DNA of 64,000 nucleotides from Sandaracinaceae bacterium (GCA_020633075.1 JACKEI010000004.1:97092-161091); one strand, 5' to 3'; numbered from the stretch's first letter, positions 50,833 to 60,016 are shown. Numbers and translations are program-made. Notes: a model not told the origin generated them from the letters alone.

Positions 50833-51456
50833 GTGCGCGCACGGGTCGCTCTTGTTGCAGGTCTGGTGGTGGCCACGCTCGCCGCCCTTGGTTGCGGCCC
50901 ACCGCCGCCCGCGCGCGCGGGCGACGTGCGCGCTCGCGTGGAGGGGCACGTGCGCAACGCCACGTGGGTGGAGTACGTCCACGAGGGGCCGGCGTACTGC
51001 CTCGGGGACTGCGGGGCGTGCGTGGACGCAGCGCGCGACGGCGTGCTGGTGCGTTCGGGGTGGGTCGTTCCCGCCTGCGACGCGGGCGAGGTCTTCGGGC
51101 TGACGCTGAGCGCGCGCGGGCGCGAGCACTTCGCGTCGTCCACGTCCGTGGAGCTCGTCGCCGGTGGCGAGCTGCTCGACCTGGTCGTGACCGAAGAGCA
51201 GCTCGAGACCGAAGCGCCCGAGCTGCCGCACGCCTCGCTGCGCGCGTCCTATCGTCAGCACATCACCGACGCCGGCCGCGCGCTGTTCGCGGATCTGGGC
51301 TGCGCTGCGCCAAGCCCGCCGGAGGTGTGTCAGCGCCTCGCGGACGTCCGGTCGATGGACTTCTACGCCAGCTACCACGGCGGACCGGCCGGCTGGTCCG
51401 TCGTGCGCGCCGACGAGGGCGCTGGTCACGCCGCGGGCGGGCTGCACTGGAACTGA
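50833..51456 (+). CDS. hypothetical lipoprotein
   Basis: GTG start. MRARVALVAGLVVATLAALGCGPP lipobox. Convergent with the cassette-2 RCC1 gene. Confidence 0.55.
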   Translation: MRARVALVAGLVVATLAALGCGPPPPARAGDVRARVEGHVRNATWVEYVHEGPAYCLGDCGACVDAARDGVLVRSGWVVPACDAGEVFGLTLSARGREHFASSTSVELVAGGELLDLVVTEEQLETEAPELPHASLRASYRQHITDAGRALFADLGCAAPSPPEVCQRLADVRSMDFYASYHGGPAGWSVVRADEGAGHAAGGLHWN

Positions 51457-51468
51457 GGGCCGAGCCCC

Positions 51469-52770
51469 TCAGCCATCGAGGCACACGGCCTGCGGTCCAG
51501 GCCCGCTGCGTCCCGCGGTCTGTCCCACCGAGTCGTCGCCGAAGCACACCACCACGGAGTCCACCGCGCGAATGGCGCAGGTGAAGTCGGGCCCCGCGCG
51601 CACCTCGCGGTAGCTCACGCCTGGGGTGACCTCGGTGGGGGCGTCCGCGCTCACGGCCGTGAAGCCCAGCTTGCCGTACTCCCCGCTGCCCCAGCAGAAG
51701 AGGCGCCCCCCGCCGCGCAGCGCGCACACGTGATCGAAGCCCACGCTCACGCTCTCGTAGTCGCTGGCCGCGCCCACGCGCGTGGGCATCTCTACGAAGC
51801 CGACCGTGCCCGTCACCATGGTGGGCTCGTTGGTGCCCCAGCAGAACAGCTCGTCCGCCGTGCTGAGGGCGCAGCTCAGGCGACGCCCCGCGCTCACGCT
51901 GCGGAAGGTGGTGGGCGTCGGGACGGCCGTGAACACGTCGCGGTCCGGGCTGAGGGGGATGCCCAGCTCGCCCCCGGCGTTGGTGCCGGCGCAGCGCAGC
52001 GCGCCCGCCGCGGTGACGCCGCAGGCGTGCTGCGTGTTCGCGGAGATCTGCGTGAAGCTCTCGGTGGGCAGCGCCGTCACGCTGCGCACCGCCGTGCCGA
52101 CGGTGGCCGGCCCCAGCCCCAGCTGCCCGTACTCGTTGTCGCCCCACACGTCGTGGCCGCCCCCCGCGCGCGTGGCGTACGCGTTGCTGAAGCCGATCAC
52201 CAGGTCGCTGACGCTTGCGCTGACGGTGACGGGGCGGCTGCTGCCTTGGCTGGTGCCGTCCGCGAGCGTGCCCGAGAAGTTGTCGCCGCAGCAGCGCAGC
52301 GCGCCGTCGCTGCGCGTCATGCAGGTGTTCTGCCCCCCCACGTAGAGCGCGGTGTAGGTGTCCAGGCCCACGGGCGCGACGGGGCGGGGCATGTCCTGGG
52401 TGTCCCCGTTGCACAGCTGTCCCGACACGCCGCCACCCCAGCAGCGCACGGCGCCGGCGCGCAGCGCGCAGGCGTGCCAGGTGCCCACACCCAGGCTGTC
52501 GGCGACCAGCGGGGTGGCGCAGCCCGTGCCGCCGTCCGCGGCCCCGCTGTCATCCCCGGCGTCCTGGTCCGCGTCCTGGCTGGCATCGCGCGCCCGGCCG
52601 CCGTCCGTGCCCATGCGCCCCACGACCACGGTCTGATCGCAGCCGACCGCGGAGAGGACACCCAGGCCGCACAGCGCGCAGAGCAGGTGGGCCCAGTGGC
52701 CGCAGCGCGCGTCGCGGATGCGTGTTGGCCGGCAGCGCGCGCCCTCGCTCGGACCTCTGTGGGGTCTCAT
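51469..52770 (-). CDS. RCC1-repeat (beta-propeller) lipoprotein, cassette 2
   Basis: ORF 51469..52881 trimmed to the ATG overlapping the upstream stop (ATGA). ..LCALCGLGVLSAVGC lipobox. Repeats VRCWGGGVSGQLC, HDVWGDNEYGQLG, LRCAGTNAGGELG, LFCWGSGEYGKLG, VVCFGDDSVGQTA. Confidence 0.8.
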   Translation of the reverse strand: MRPHRGPSEGARCRPTRIRDARCGHWAHLLCALCGLGVLSAVGCDQTVVVGRMGTDGGRARDASQDADQDAGDDSGAADGGTGCATPLVADSLGVGTWHACALRAGAVRCWGGGVSGQLCNGDTQDMPRPVAPVGLDTYTALYVGGQNTCMTRSDGALRCCGDNFSGTLADGTSQGSSRPVTVSASVSDLVIGFSNAYATRAGGGHDVWGDNEYGQLGLGPATVGTAVRSVTALPTESFTQISANTQHACGVTAAGALRCAGTNAGGELGIPLSPDRDVFTAVPTPTTFRSVSAGRRLSCALSTADELFCWGTNEPTMVTGTVGFVEMPTRVGAASDYESVSVGFDHVCALRGGGRLFCWGSGEYGKLGFTAVSADAPTEVTPGVSYREVRAGPDFTCAIRAVDSVVVCFGDDSVGQTAGRSGPGPQAVCLDG

Positions 52771-53777
52771 GGCTCCACCTGGCAGGCGGCGCGAATGCGT
52801 GGGGCGCTGGGCGAGCGCGGGTAGCTCGTCAGGAAGCGCTCGGCCTCCAGCTGGCCAGCGTCCATGCGCCCCGCCCGACACAGGGCCAGCGCCCGACCGG
52901 CGAGGGCCTCCACGCGCAGCGCGCCGCGTGGATGCCGCGCGAGGGCGCGGTCGAAGAGGGTGAGCGCCTCCGCGGCGTGCCCGGCGCGCAGCTGCGCTTC
53001 GCCCGCCGCTACCAGCATGGACTCCTCCGACATGGGGTCGGCCGCTGCAGCGGGGTCCTCCGGCGGCGCGGTCGGCGCGACCACCACAGCGGGCTCCGGC
53101 GTCGTGAGCGGGGGCACGCTGGGCACCATTGTGTCTTGGGTGTCCTCGCTCGGGCGGGCCGCGCCCTCCCGCCGCAGCGCGGCGGGGCCGGGCGCGGAGC
53201 CAGGGGGCGTGGGGTCGGCGCCGTCTGGGCTCGCGGGCTCGTGACCCGCGCTGGCGTCTGTTGCGGCCGTGGGGTCCACGGCGTCCGGGGCGTCGGCGGG
53301 CGCCTCCAACGCGGGAGTGGTCTCGCTCCCTTGCGCGGTGTCGGTCGGCTCGGGCTGCCCCGGCCGGGGGGCCAGCAGCGTCACGGCGGCGACCAGCGCG
53401 CCCGTGGCCACCAGCGCGAGCAACACCTTGGTCCCCACGGGTGTCCCTGCGCCCAGCGCCGCCGGTGAAGCTGGCGCCGTGGGGGCAGCGGGGGCGGCAG
53501 GCGCTCCAGGGGCGGCAGGCGTTCCGGGTGCGGTGCCGGCAGGCGCAGCCGGTGTTCCGGGCGCCGCAGGCGCAGCGGGCGCGTCTGTGCCGAGGGGCGC
53601 GTCCGCGCCAGAGGGCTGGGGGGCGTCTAGCCCTGGTCCGGGCGCGCTCGGGGGCGCGGGCACGCCCAGCGCCTGGAACACGGCCAGCCGCCGCACGTCC
53701 AGCTCGGCCGCGGTGGGCTCGTCCAGCTCGGCTTCCAGCGCCAAGAGGGCGCGTGACTCATCGGAGAGGTCGCTCAT
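52767..53777 (-). CDS. single-pass membrane protein with C-terminal TPR-like helical domain (anti-sigma-like by position), cassette 2
   Basis: ATG overlaps the sigma stop (ATGA). Acidic N-terminus MSDLSDESRALLALEAELDEP, P/A/G-rich linker, TM VLLALVATGALVAAVTLL, and C-terminal ..AGEAQLRAGHAAEALTLFDRALARHPRGALRVEALAGRALALCRAG.. Aligns with 41579-42517. Confidence 0.6.
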   Translation of the reverse strand: MSDLSDESRALLALEAELDEPTAAELDVRRLAVFQALGVPAPPSAPGPGLDAPQPSGADAPLGTDAPAAPAAPGTPAAPAGTAPGTPAAPGAPAAPAAPTAPASPAALGAGTPVGTKVLLALVATGALVAAVTLLAPRPGQPEPTDTAQGSETTPALEAPADAPDAVDPTAATDASAGHEPASPDGADPTPPGSAPGPAALRREGAARPSEDTQDTMVPSVPPLTTPEPAVVVAPTAPPEDPAAAADPMSEESMLVAAGEAQLRAGHAAEALTLFDRALARHPRGALRVEALAGRALALCRAGRMDAGQLEAERFLTSYPRSPSAPRIRAACQVEP

Positions 53778-54334
53778 GCGGCTCCTTCCGTGAGCTGTAC
53801 GCGTAGCTCGTCGAAGCGCGCGCGCGCGGCGCGCAGGCGGCTGTGCATGGTGTTGGGGTTGAGCTCCAGCAGGGTGGCCACCTCCGGGCCGGGCACCTGC
53901 TCGAGCTCCACCAGCACGAAGACCTCACGCAGCGGGTCCTCCATGGCGTCCAGGATGCGGTGCAAGAGCCTCCGGCCTTCGGCCATGCGGGCGGCGTGCT
54001 CCGGGGACGCGGGGGCCTCGGGCGCGGGCTCCTGGGCCACGGCGGACATGCGCCGCGCGCGGCGTGCGTGGGCGCGGCGGTGGTCTGCGGCCACGCGCAG
54101 AACGATTCCGTACACCCACGTGGTGAGCTTGGCCCGGCCCTCGAACTCGCCCAAGCGTCGGGCCACCACCAGGTAGACGTCCTGGAACGCGTCGTCCACG
54201 GAGTCCGACGCGACCAGCCGGCGCAAGGAGCGCAAGACGAACGCGGACGTCTCCCGGTACACCGCGTCGAAGCGCGAGGCGTCGAAGTCCGGGGGTGGCT
54301 TCTGCGACGGGTCACTATCTGGGTCAGTGTCCAT
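53774..54334 (-). CDS. ECF-type RNA polymerase sigma factor, cassette 2
   Basis: ORF 53774..54337 (first codon TTG) trimmed to ATG 54334. Region 2 VDDAFQDVYLVVARR..TWVYGIVLRVAADHRR and region 4 EVFVLVELEQVPGPEVATLLELNPNTMHSRLRAAR. Confidence 0.87.
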   Translation of the reverse strand: MDTDPDSDPSQKPPPDFDASRFDAVYRETSAFVLRSLRRLVASDSVDDAFQDVYLVVARRLGEFEGRAKLTTWVYGIVLRVAADHRRAHARRARRMSAVAQEPAPEAPASPEHAARMAEGRRLLHRILDAMEDPLREVFVLVELEQVPGPEVATLLELNPNTMHSRLRAARARFDELRVQLTEGAA

Positions 54335-54349
54335 CAAAGCGGGCGTTCG

Positions 54350-55435
54350 TTACCGTGCGAAAAATAAAACACCGCAGGTCCCCCCAAAGCCTACGCTGCG
54401 GAAGCGCCCAACCTGCCCCAGCCCTGCCACGACGAAGTCGGGCTGCGTGATGCGCAGCTCGGCCTCCACGCCGCAGCGCAGCGTGCCCCGGCCGGGCTCG
54501 CGGCGGCCCACGACGAGGGTGGGCGCGAGCGACACGGCGCTGTAGACGCGCGCCCGGTGCAGGTTGGTCTCCAGCCCGAGTCCGCGCGAAAGGCTCGCGC
54601 CCACCTGCAGCGCCGCACACGCTCCCACTCGCACGCGCTCACTGACGGCGGGCAGCGCGCACAGCATGGGAGCCAGGGTCACGGTCGCGGCGCGGGCCAC
54701 CCGCTCCCCGGCGTGCCGGAGCGGAGCGTAAGGCGTCGCGCCCAGCTGCAGCCCCAGCGCGAGCCAGGCGTGCCCCACGAAGAGCGCGCTCAGCGCCAGC
54801 TGCGGCACCAGCGGGGCGTCCCCCAGGCCCGACACCACCCTGGCGCCCACGTCGAAGGCCCAGCGTGACGTCTGCGGACCCGTGCCGGCGTCCGTGGTGA
54901 GCACGCCGCTCCCGGGGGCCGCGTCCGCCTCGCTGCCTGCCGCCGTGGCCTCTTGCGCGTCGGCCAGCGCGACGCTCACCACGATGATGGCCGAGCGCGC
55001 CACCTCCGCGCAGCTGCTGCCCTCGACGACGCGCTCCCCCTCGTAGCCGGCGCGGGCCACGCGGATGGTGGCCTGGTACCCGCCCCCGCGCTCCTCGATC
55101 ACGACGCTCACCTGCGTCTCGGCTAGCGCCTCGCGCAGCTCGTCGGGCACCACGGCGTCGAAGATCGGGCGCACGGCGTCCAAGGTCGGGCACGCGTCGG
55201 GCGCGCTCCAGCGCAGGGCGGCGTCCACGTTGCGAGCGCCGGCCGCCGCCCGTGCGGCTCCGCCGGCGGTGCCGGCCCCGTCGGTCTGCGCGGAGCCCGC
55301 CGGGGGGTCCTGCGCGGCAGCCCCAGGCGGCGCGGTCGCGCTCAGCCCGGCGCAGGCCCACAGCAGCACCAGGGCCCGCCCCAGCCGGGGTCGCCCCCAT
55401 CCGTCGCGAACCCCTGCGACTGCGTGTTGGAACAT
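54350..55435 (-). CDS. secreted protein with an N-terminal two-Cys domain and a C-terminal beta-rich (barrel-like) half, cassette 2
   Basis: ATG start. Signal ..LVLLWACAGLSATAPPGAAAQ. ..CPTLDAVRPIFDAV..VSVVIEERGGGYQATIRV..SSCAEVARSAIIVVSVALAD.. then alternating-hydrophobic strands ending ..GGTCGVLFFAR. Aligns with 43076-44311 but lacks its low-complexity insert. Confidence 0.65.
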   Translation of the reverse strand: MFQHAVAGVRDGWGRPRLGRALVLLWACAGLSATAPPGAAAQDPPAGSAQTDGAGTAGGAARAAAGARNVDAALRWSAPDACPTLDAVRPIFDAVVPDELREALAETQVSVVIEERGGGYQATIRVARAGYEGERVVEGSSCAEVARSAIIVVSVALADAQEATAAGSEADAAPGSGVLTTDAGTGPQTSRWAFDVGARVVSGLGDAPLVPQLALSALFVGHAWLALGLQLGATPYAPLRHAGERVARAATVTLAPMLCALPAVSERVRVGACAALQVGASLSRGLGLETNLHRARVYSAVSLAPTLVVGRREPGRGTLRCGVEAELRITQPDFVVAGLGQVGRFRSVGFGGTCGVLFFAR

Positions 55436-55490
55436 CCGCGCAGACGATACTCGGCCCGCCTGGGACCGTCCACACGCCGCGGAGAGGCCC

Positions 55491-56966
55491 CTACGCGTCC
55501 ACGGGGCGCTGCGTGGCCAAGAGCAGCTCGGCCACGCTCTCGGTGCTGCCTGCGGGCCTGGCCCGGTGACGCGACCAGGCTCGCAGCGCCTTGATGCGCT
55601 CTTCGTAGGTGCGGTAGAGGGGCACCAGGTCCGACGCGGCGCGCACCAGGTCGGCCTGCGTCAGCTCGCGCTGCTCCGTGAAGGCCCGCAGCAGCGCCGT
55701 GAGCACCACCTGCTCCAGCTCCGCGCCCGAGAAGTGCGCCGTCAGCTGGCCCAGCGGCTCGAGCTCGAAGTCCTGCGCGTTGCGCCCGTGACGCCGCAGG
55801 TGCACGCGCAGGATGTCCACGCGCGCGGCGGGGTCCGGCAGGTCCAGGAAGAAGATCTCGTCGAAGCGGCCCCGGCGCAGCAGCTCGGGCGGCAGCGAGC
55901 GCACCTCGTTGGCGGTGGCCACCACGAAGACGGGCGCCTTCTTCTCCTGCATCCACGTCACGAACGAGCCCAGGATGCGCGCCGACGTGGTGGACACCAC
56001 CTGCCCCTCGCTGTCGGCCCCCGCGAAGCCCTTCTCGATCTCGTCGATCCACAGCACCACGGGGGCAAAGCGCTCCGCCGTTCGCAGCGCCCGGCGCATG
56101 GCCGCCTCCGGCGCGGCCTCGCCTCCGAACACGCTCGACAGGTCCAGCCGCAGCAAGGGCACGCCGAACTCGTGCGCGATGACCTTGGCGGACATGCTCT
56201 TGCCACAGCCCTGCACGCCCAGCAGGAGCACCCCGCGCGGCGGCGGCAGCCCGTAGTCGCGCGCGCGGTCGCCAAAGGCCTCGGCGCGCTCGCGCAGCCA
56301 GCGCTTGAGGCTGTGCAGGCCACCGACGTCCGAGAGCGTGAAGCTGCCGTCGATCAGCTCGAGGCTGCCGCCCTCGCCCATGCGCCGCCGCTTCTCGCGC
56401 AGCACGCGGCTGAGCGCTTGCTCGTCGTCCGGCGCGTCCTGAGCCGCCCGCAGCGCGCGCAGGGCGTGGGGCTCCGAGAGGCCCAGCGCGGCGCCTGCCA
56501 CCCGTCGCTTGCGCTCGTCCGTCATGGGACCCACGCGCTCCGCCAGCGCCCGCAGCGCGCGCAGGTCGGGGGGCGGGACGTCCACCGTCACCACCACCTC
56601 GCGCAGCACGGCCGGCAGCTCACGGCTCGCGCGCAGGAACACCACCATGCGCCGCTCGCGCTCCAGCCGCGCCGCCAGGTCCAGGAGCGCCCGCTGCGTG
56701 GGCGCTTGCTCCAGCTCGTCGTGCAGGTCCAGCACCAGCAGCACGGCAGATCCGTGCCCCTCGGCGAACTGCCGCAGCGCCCGCTGCGGGTCCGTGGCGG
56801 CCAGCTCGTTGCGCGCGCCCCGCGACCAGACCTGCAAGGGGACGGCCCACGCGTCGGTGGCCTCGCGCAGCAGGCGCAGCACGCGCTCCTCGTCCACGGA
56901 GTGGAGCTGCACGTAGGGCCAGCCGGCGGACCACAGCTGGCGCAGCTCGTCGATCAGCGAGTCCAT
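55491..56966 (-). CDS. AAA+ ATPase (single classic AAA module, CDC48/FtsH-like clade) with a ~210-aa unassigned N-domain
   Basis: Walker A GVLLLGVQGCGKS, Walker B PVVLWIDEIEK, second region of homology ..VVATANEVRSLPPELLRRGRFDEIFFLDLP.. ATG 13 nt after the GspE-like stop. Confidence 0.85.
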   Translation of the reverse strand: MDSLIDELRQLWSAGWPYVQLHSVDEERVLRLLREATDAWAVPLQVWSRGARNELAATDPQRALRQFAEGHGSAVLLVLDLHDELEQAPTQRALLDLAARLERERRMVVFLRASRELPAVLREVVVTVDVPPPDLRALRALAERVGPMTDERKRRVAGAALGLSEPHALRALRAAQDAPDDEQALSRVLREKRRRMGEGGSLELIDGSFTLSDVGGLHSLKRWLRERAEAFGDRARDYGLPPPRGVLLLGVQGCGKSMSAKVIAHEFGVPLLRLDLSSVFGGEAAPEAAMRRALRTAERFAPVVLWIDEIEKGFAGADSEGQVVSTTSARILGSFVTWMQEKKAPVFVVATANEVRSLPPELLRRGRFDEIFFLDLPDPAARVDILRVHLRRHGRNAQDFELEPLGQLTAHFSGAELEQVVLTALLRAFTEQRELTQADLVRAASDLVPLYRTYEERIKALRAWSRHRARPAGSTESVAELLLATQRPVDA

Positions 56967-56979
56967 GTCGTGGCCTCCT

Positions 56980-58827
56980 TCACGTCGCGTCCTCGGTCGT
57001 CACGCGGATGATCTCGTCGTAGGACGTCACCCCCAGCGCCAGCTTGCGCAGCGCGTGCTCGCGCAGTGAGCGCATGCCGTCGCCGCGCGCCAGCTCCGAG
57101 ATGGCGGCCGTGTCGGCGCCGGCCGTGACCGCCGCCGCGATGCGGGGCGTGACCTCCAGCATCTCGAACATGCCGGAGCGGCCGCGGTAGCCCGTGTTGC
57201 GGCACTGGCTGCAGCCCACGGGGCGCGCCGTCTCGATGCGGCCGTGATAGTCCTCTGGGTGGGTCACGCCCAGCGTCGCGAGCTCGCGCTCGGTCAGCGG
57301 CGACTTGGTGCTGCAGTGCGGGCACACGCGCCGCACCAGGCGCTGCGCCATCGCGCCCAGCAGCGTGGAGCCGATCAAGAAGGGGGGCACCCCCAGGTCA
57401 CGCAGGCGCACCACGGCCGCCGCGGCGTCGTTGGTGTGCAGCGTGCTCAACACGAGGTGACCGGTGAGCGCGGCCTGTACCGCGTGCCGTGCGGTGTCGG
57501 CGTCACGGATCTCGCCCAGCATGATGATGTCCGGGTCCTGGCGCAGCACGTGCCGCAGCGCGGTGGAGAAGGTCAGGTCGATGGCCGGCTGGATGGCGAT
57601 CTGGTTGAAGCGCTCGTGCACCAGCTCGATGGGGTCCTCGATGGTGACCACGTTCAGCTCCGGGCGCGCGATGGCGCTGAGCGCGGAGTAGAGGGTGGTG
57701 GTCTTGCCGCTGCCCGTCGGCCCCGTCACCAGCACCAGGCCGGTGGGGCGCGCGAGCCAGCGCTCGAACTGCGCGCGCTCGTCGTCGAAGAAGCCGAGGT
57801 CCGACACGCTCTGCAGCAGCGAGCCGGGGTCGAAGATGCGTAAGACCACCTTCTCGCCGTGGGCCACGGGCACGGTGGAGACGCGCAGCTCGACCTCGCC
57901 CGAGGGGCTCTGCGTGCGGATGCGGCCGTCCTGCGGGCGTCGCTTCTCCGCCACGTCCAGGCGGCCCAGCAGCTTGATGCGGGACACCATGGGCGCGTGG
58001 ATCACGCGCGGGAACGAGATGACCTCGTGCAGCACGCCGTCGATGCGCATGCGCACCACCGCGCGGTCACGCTTGGGCTCGAAGTGGATGTCCGAGGCGC
58101 GCTGGTCGTAGGCGTAGAACAGCAGCCGCTCCACCGCCTGCACCACCGGCTGGTCGCTGGCCTCGATGCCCTGCGACTCGCCCAGGCGCACCAGCTGCTC
58201 GAGGTTGCCGATGTCCACGCGCAGCTCGCTGCTCTGCTCCATGGCGGCGCTGAGGCTGCGGTCGAAGCCGTAGACGGCGTCGATGGCGGTCAGCAGCGTG
58301 GAGCGCGGCACCAGCACGGGCTTCACCTCGCAGCCCAGCGCGCCGCGCAGCGTGACCAGCAGCTCGTGGTCGAAGGGGTTCGCGATGGCGAGCTCCAAGC
58401 GCCCGTCGCGCTGCAGCAGCGGCAGGCAGAAGTGGTAGCGCGCGAAGGAGCGCGTCATGGCGCGCTGCACCAGCTCGGGGTCGATGGCGAAGGCGTCGAT
58501 GGGGCGCGTCTCGATGCCCAGCGGCTCGGCGATGGCGGCCACCAGGCGGTGCTCGTCCAGGCGCGCGTCCGTGCGCTCGTCCCGCAGCTGCAGGCGCGCG
58601 ATCAGCGCGATGGGGTCCTCCATGGAGGCGCCGTTGGCCACGCCCTCGGGCGGCGGGGGTGTCTCGGCGGCGAGCTTGCGTGCCCGCGCGCGCAGCTCGG
58701 GCAGGCGCTCCGGGGCGAGCGCACCTTGGCCGACCAGCAGCTCCAGCACCTCGTCGGTCTTCCAGTCGAGGGCGGTGCGGTGGGCGTTGGGGGGCAGCGG
58801 GGGGATGCTGGGGGTGCGGGCGCTCAC
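56980..58827 (-). CDS. GspE/PilB-family type II/IV secretion ATPase with N-terminal T2SSE_N (MshEN-like) domains
   Basis: Walker A VLVTGPTGSGKTTTLYS, Asp box, His box LVLSTLHTNDAA, and a tetracysteine CPHC...CSQC motif. GTG start overlapping the PilT-like stop (GTGA). Confidence 0.9.
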   Translation of the reverse strand: MSARTPSIPPLPPNAHRTALDWKTDEVLELLVGQGALAPERLPELRARARKLAAETPPPPEGVANGASMEDPIALIARLQLRDERTDARLDEHRLVAAIAEPLGIETRPIDAFAIDPELVQRAMTRSFARYHFCLPLLQRDGRLELAIANPFDHELLVTLRGALGCEVKPVLVPRSTLLTAIDAVYGFDRSLSAAMEQSSELRVDIGNLEQLVRLGESQGIEASDQPVVQAVERLLFYAYDQRASDIHFEPKRDRAVVRMRIDGVLHEVISFPRVIHAPMVSRIKLLGRLDVAEKRRPQDGRIRTQSPSGEVELRVSTVPVAHGEKVVLRIFDPGSLLQSVSDLGFFDDERAQFERWLARPTGLVLVTGPTGSGKTTTLYSALSAIARPELNVVTIEDPIELVHERFNQIAIQPAIDLTFSTALRHVLRQDPDIIMLGEIRDADTARHAVQAALTGHLVLSTLHTNDAAAAVVRLRDLGVPPFLIGSTLLGAMAQRLVRRVCPHCSTKSPLTERELATLGVTHPEDYHGRIETARPVGCSQCRNTGYRGRSGMFEMLEVTPRIAAAVTAGADTAAISELARGDGMRSLREHALRKLALGVTSYDEIIRVTTEDAT

Positions 58828-59876
58828 GGCAGTCCGGGGGTCCTACGGCCTTGAAAGAGTCGCGGTCGGGCGCGGTCGGCCTCGGCCGCGTCGAGCATCC
58901 CGCGCGCCACCAGGGCGTCCAGCGAGCGCGTCAGCGTCACCATGCCGCTCTCGGCGTCGAGCTCCATGGCGTTGTGCAGCTGGTCGGTGCGGCCCTCGCG
59001 GATGAGGTTGCCCACCGCGAAGGTGTTGAGCAGCAGCTCCGCGGCGAGCACGCGGCCGCCCCCGCGCGACGGCAGCAGGCGCTGGTTCACCACGCCCAGC
59101 AGCGCGAGGCTTAGCTGCATCCGCACGGCCTCTTGGGCCTCGCTCGGGAACACGCCCACCATGCGGTCCACGGCCTGCGCCGCGTCGTTGGTGTGCAGGG
59201 TGGACATCAGCAGGTGCCCCGTCTCGGCCAGCTGGAGGGCCGCCGTCACGGTCTCGGCGTCGCGCATCTCGCCCAGCAGGATCACGTCCGGGTTCTCGCG
59301 CACGGTCTGGCGCAGGGCGTCCGGGAACGAAGCCACGTGCTCCCCCACCTCGCGCTGCTCGATCAGGCACTGCTCGCCATCGTGCACGAACTCGATGGGG
59401 TCCTCGATGGTGATGATGTGCTTGCGGGTGTTGTGGTTGAGCCACTGCAGGAGCGACGCCTGCGACGTGCTCTTGCCCTGACCCGTGGCGCCCGTGAAGA
59501 GCAGCAGCCCCTGCGGGCGCTGCACCAGGTCGATGAGGGCGCTCGGCAGCCCCAGCTGCTCGGGCGAGCCCACCACCGTGGGCAGCAGGCGCAGCGCCAG
59601 CGCGATGCCCCGGCGGGTGCTGTAGGCCTGCGCGCGGTAGCGCTGGGAGTCGAACTCGAGCGCGAAGTCCACGGCGAAGTCGCGGCGCAGCCGCTCGCGC
59701 TGGGCCTCGGGGACCATGCGACGCACGATCTCTTCGGTGAGCGCGCGGTCGAGGGGGGGTGTCTGCAGCGGGTGCAGCTGGCCGTGCACACGCACTGCCG
59801 GGGGCGCACCGGGGGTCAGCAGGATGTCGGATGCGCGGCGTTCGGCGGCCGTGCTCAGCAGCTCTTCGAGTTTCAT
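58824..59876 (-). CDS. PilT/PilU-family retraction-type ATPase
   Basis: ORF 58824..60236 trimmed to MKLEELLSTAAERRASDILLTPGAPPAVRVHG.. Walker A LLLFTGATGQGKSTS, ITIEDPIEF, LLGEMRD, LLMSTLHTNDAA, AVGNLIREGRTDQL. Confidence 0.9.
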   Translation of the reverse strand: MKLEELLSTAAERRASDILLTPGAPPAVRVHGQLHPLQTPPLDRALTEEIVRRMVPEAQRERLRRDFAVDFALEFDSQRYRAQAYSTRRGIALALRLLPTVVGSPEQLGLPSALIDLVQRPQGLLLFTGATGQGKSTSQASLLQWLNHNTRKHIITIEDPIEFVHDGEQCLIEQREVGEHVASFPDALRQTVRENPDVILLGEMRDAETVTAALQLAETGHLLMSTLHTNDAAQAVDRMVGVFPSEAQEAVRMQLSLALLGVVNQRLLPSRGGGRVLAAELLLNTFAVGNLIREGRTDQLHNAMELDAESGMVTLTRSLDALVARGMLDAAEADRARPRLFQGRRTPGLP

Positions 59877-60016
59877 GGGGGGCTCCAGGTGCGCTTGCGG
59901 TGGCAACGTAAAGCAACGCCTGTGCCACCGTGATCCGCGGGGACTTCCGAGCGGTGTGCGGCGGCAGCGGATCTTTCGCGCAAGATTTGCGATCCCGCGC
60001 AACGCACACGCCGCGC

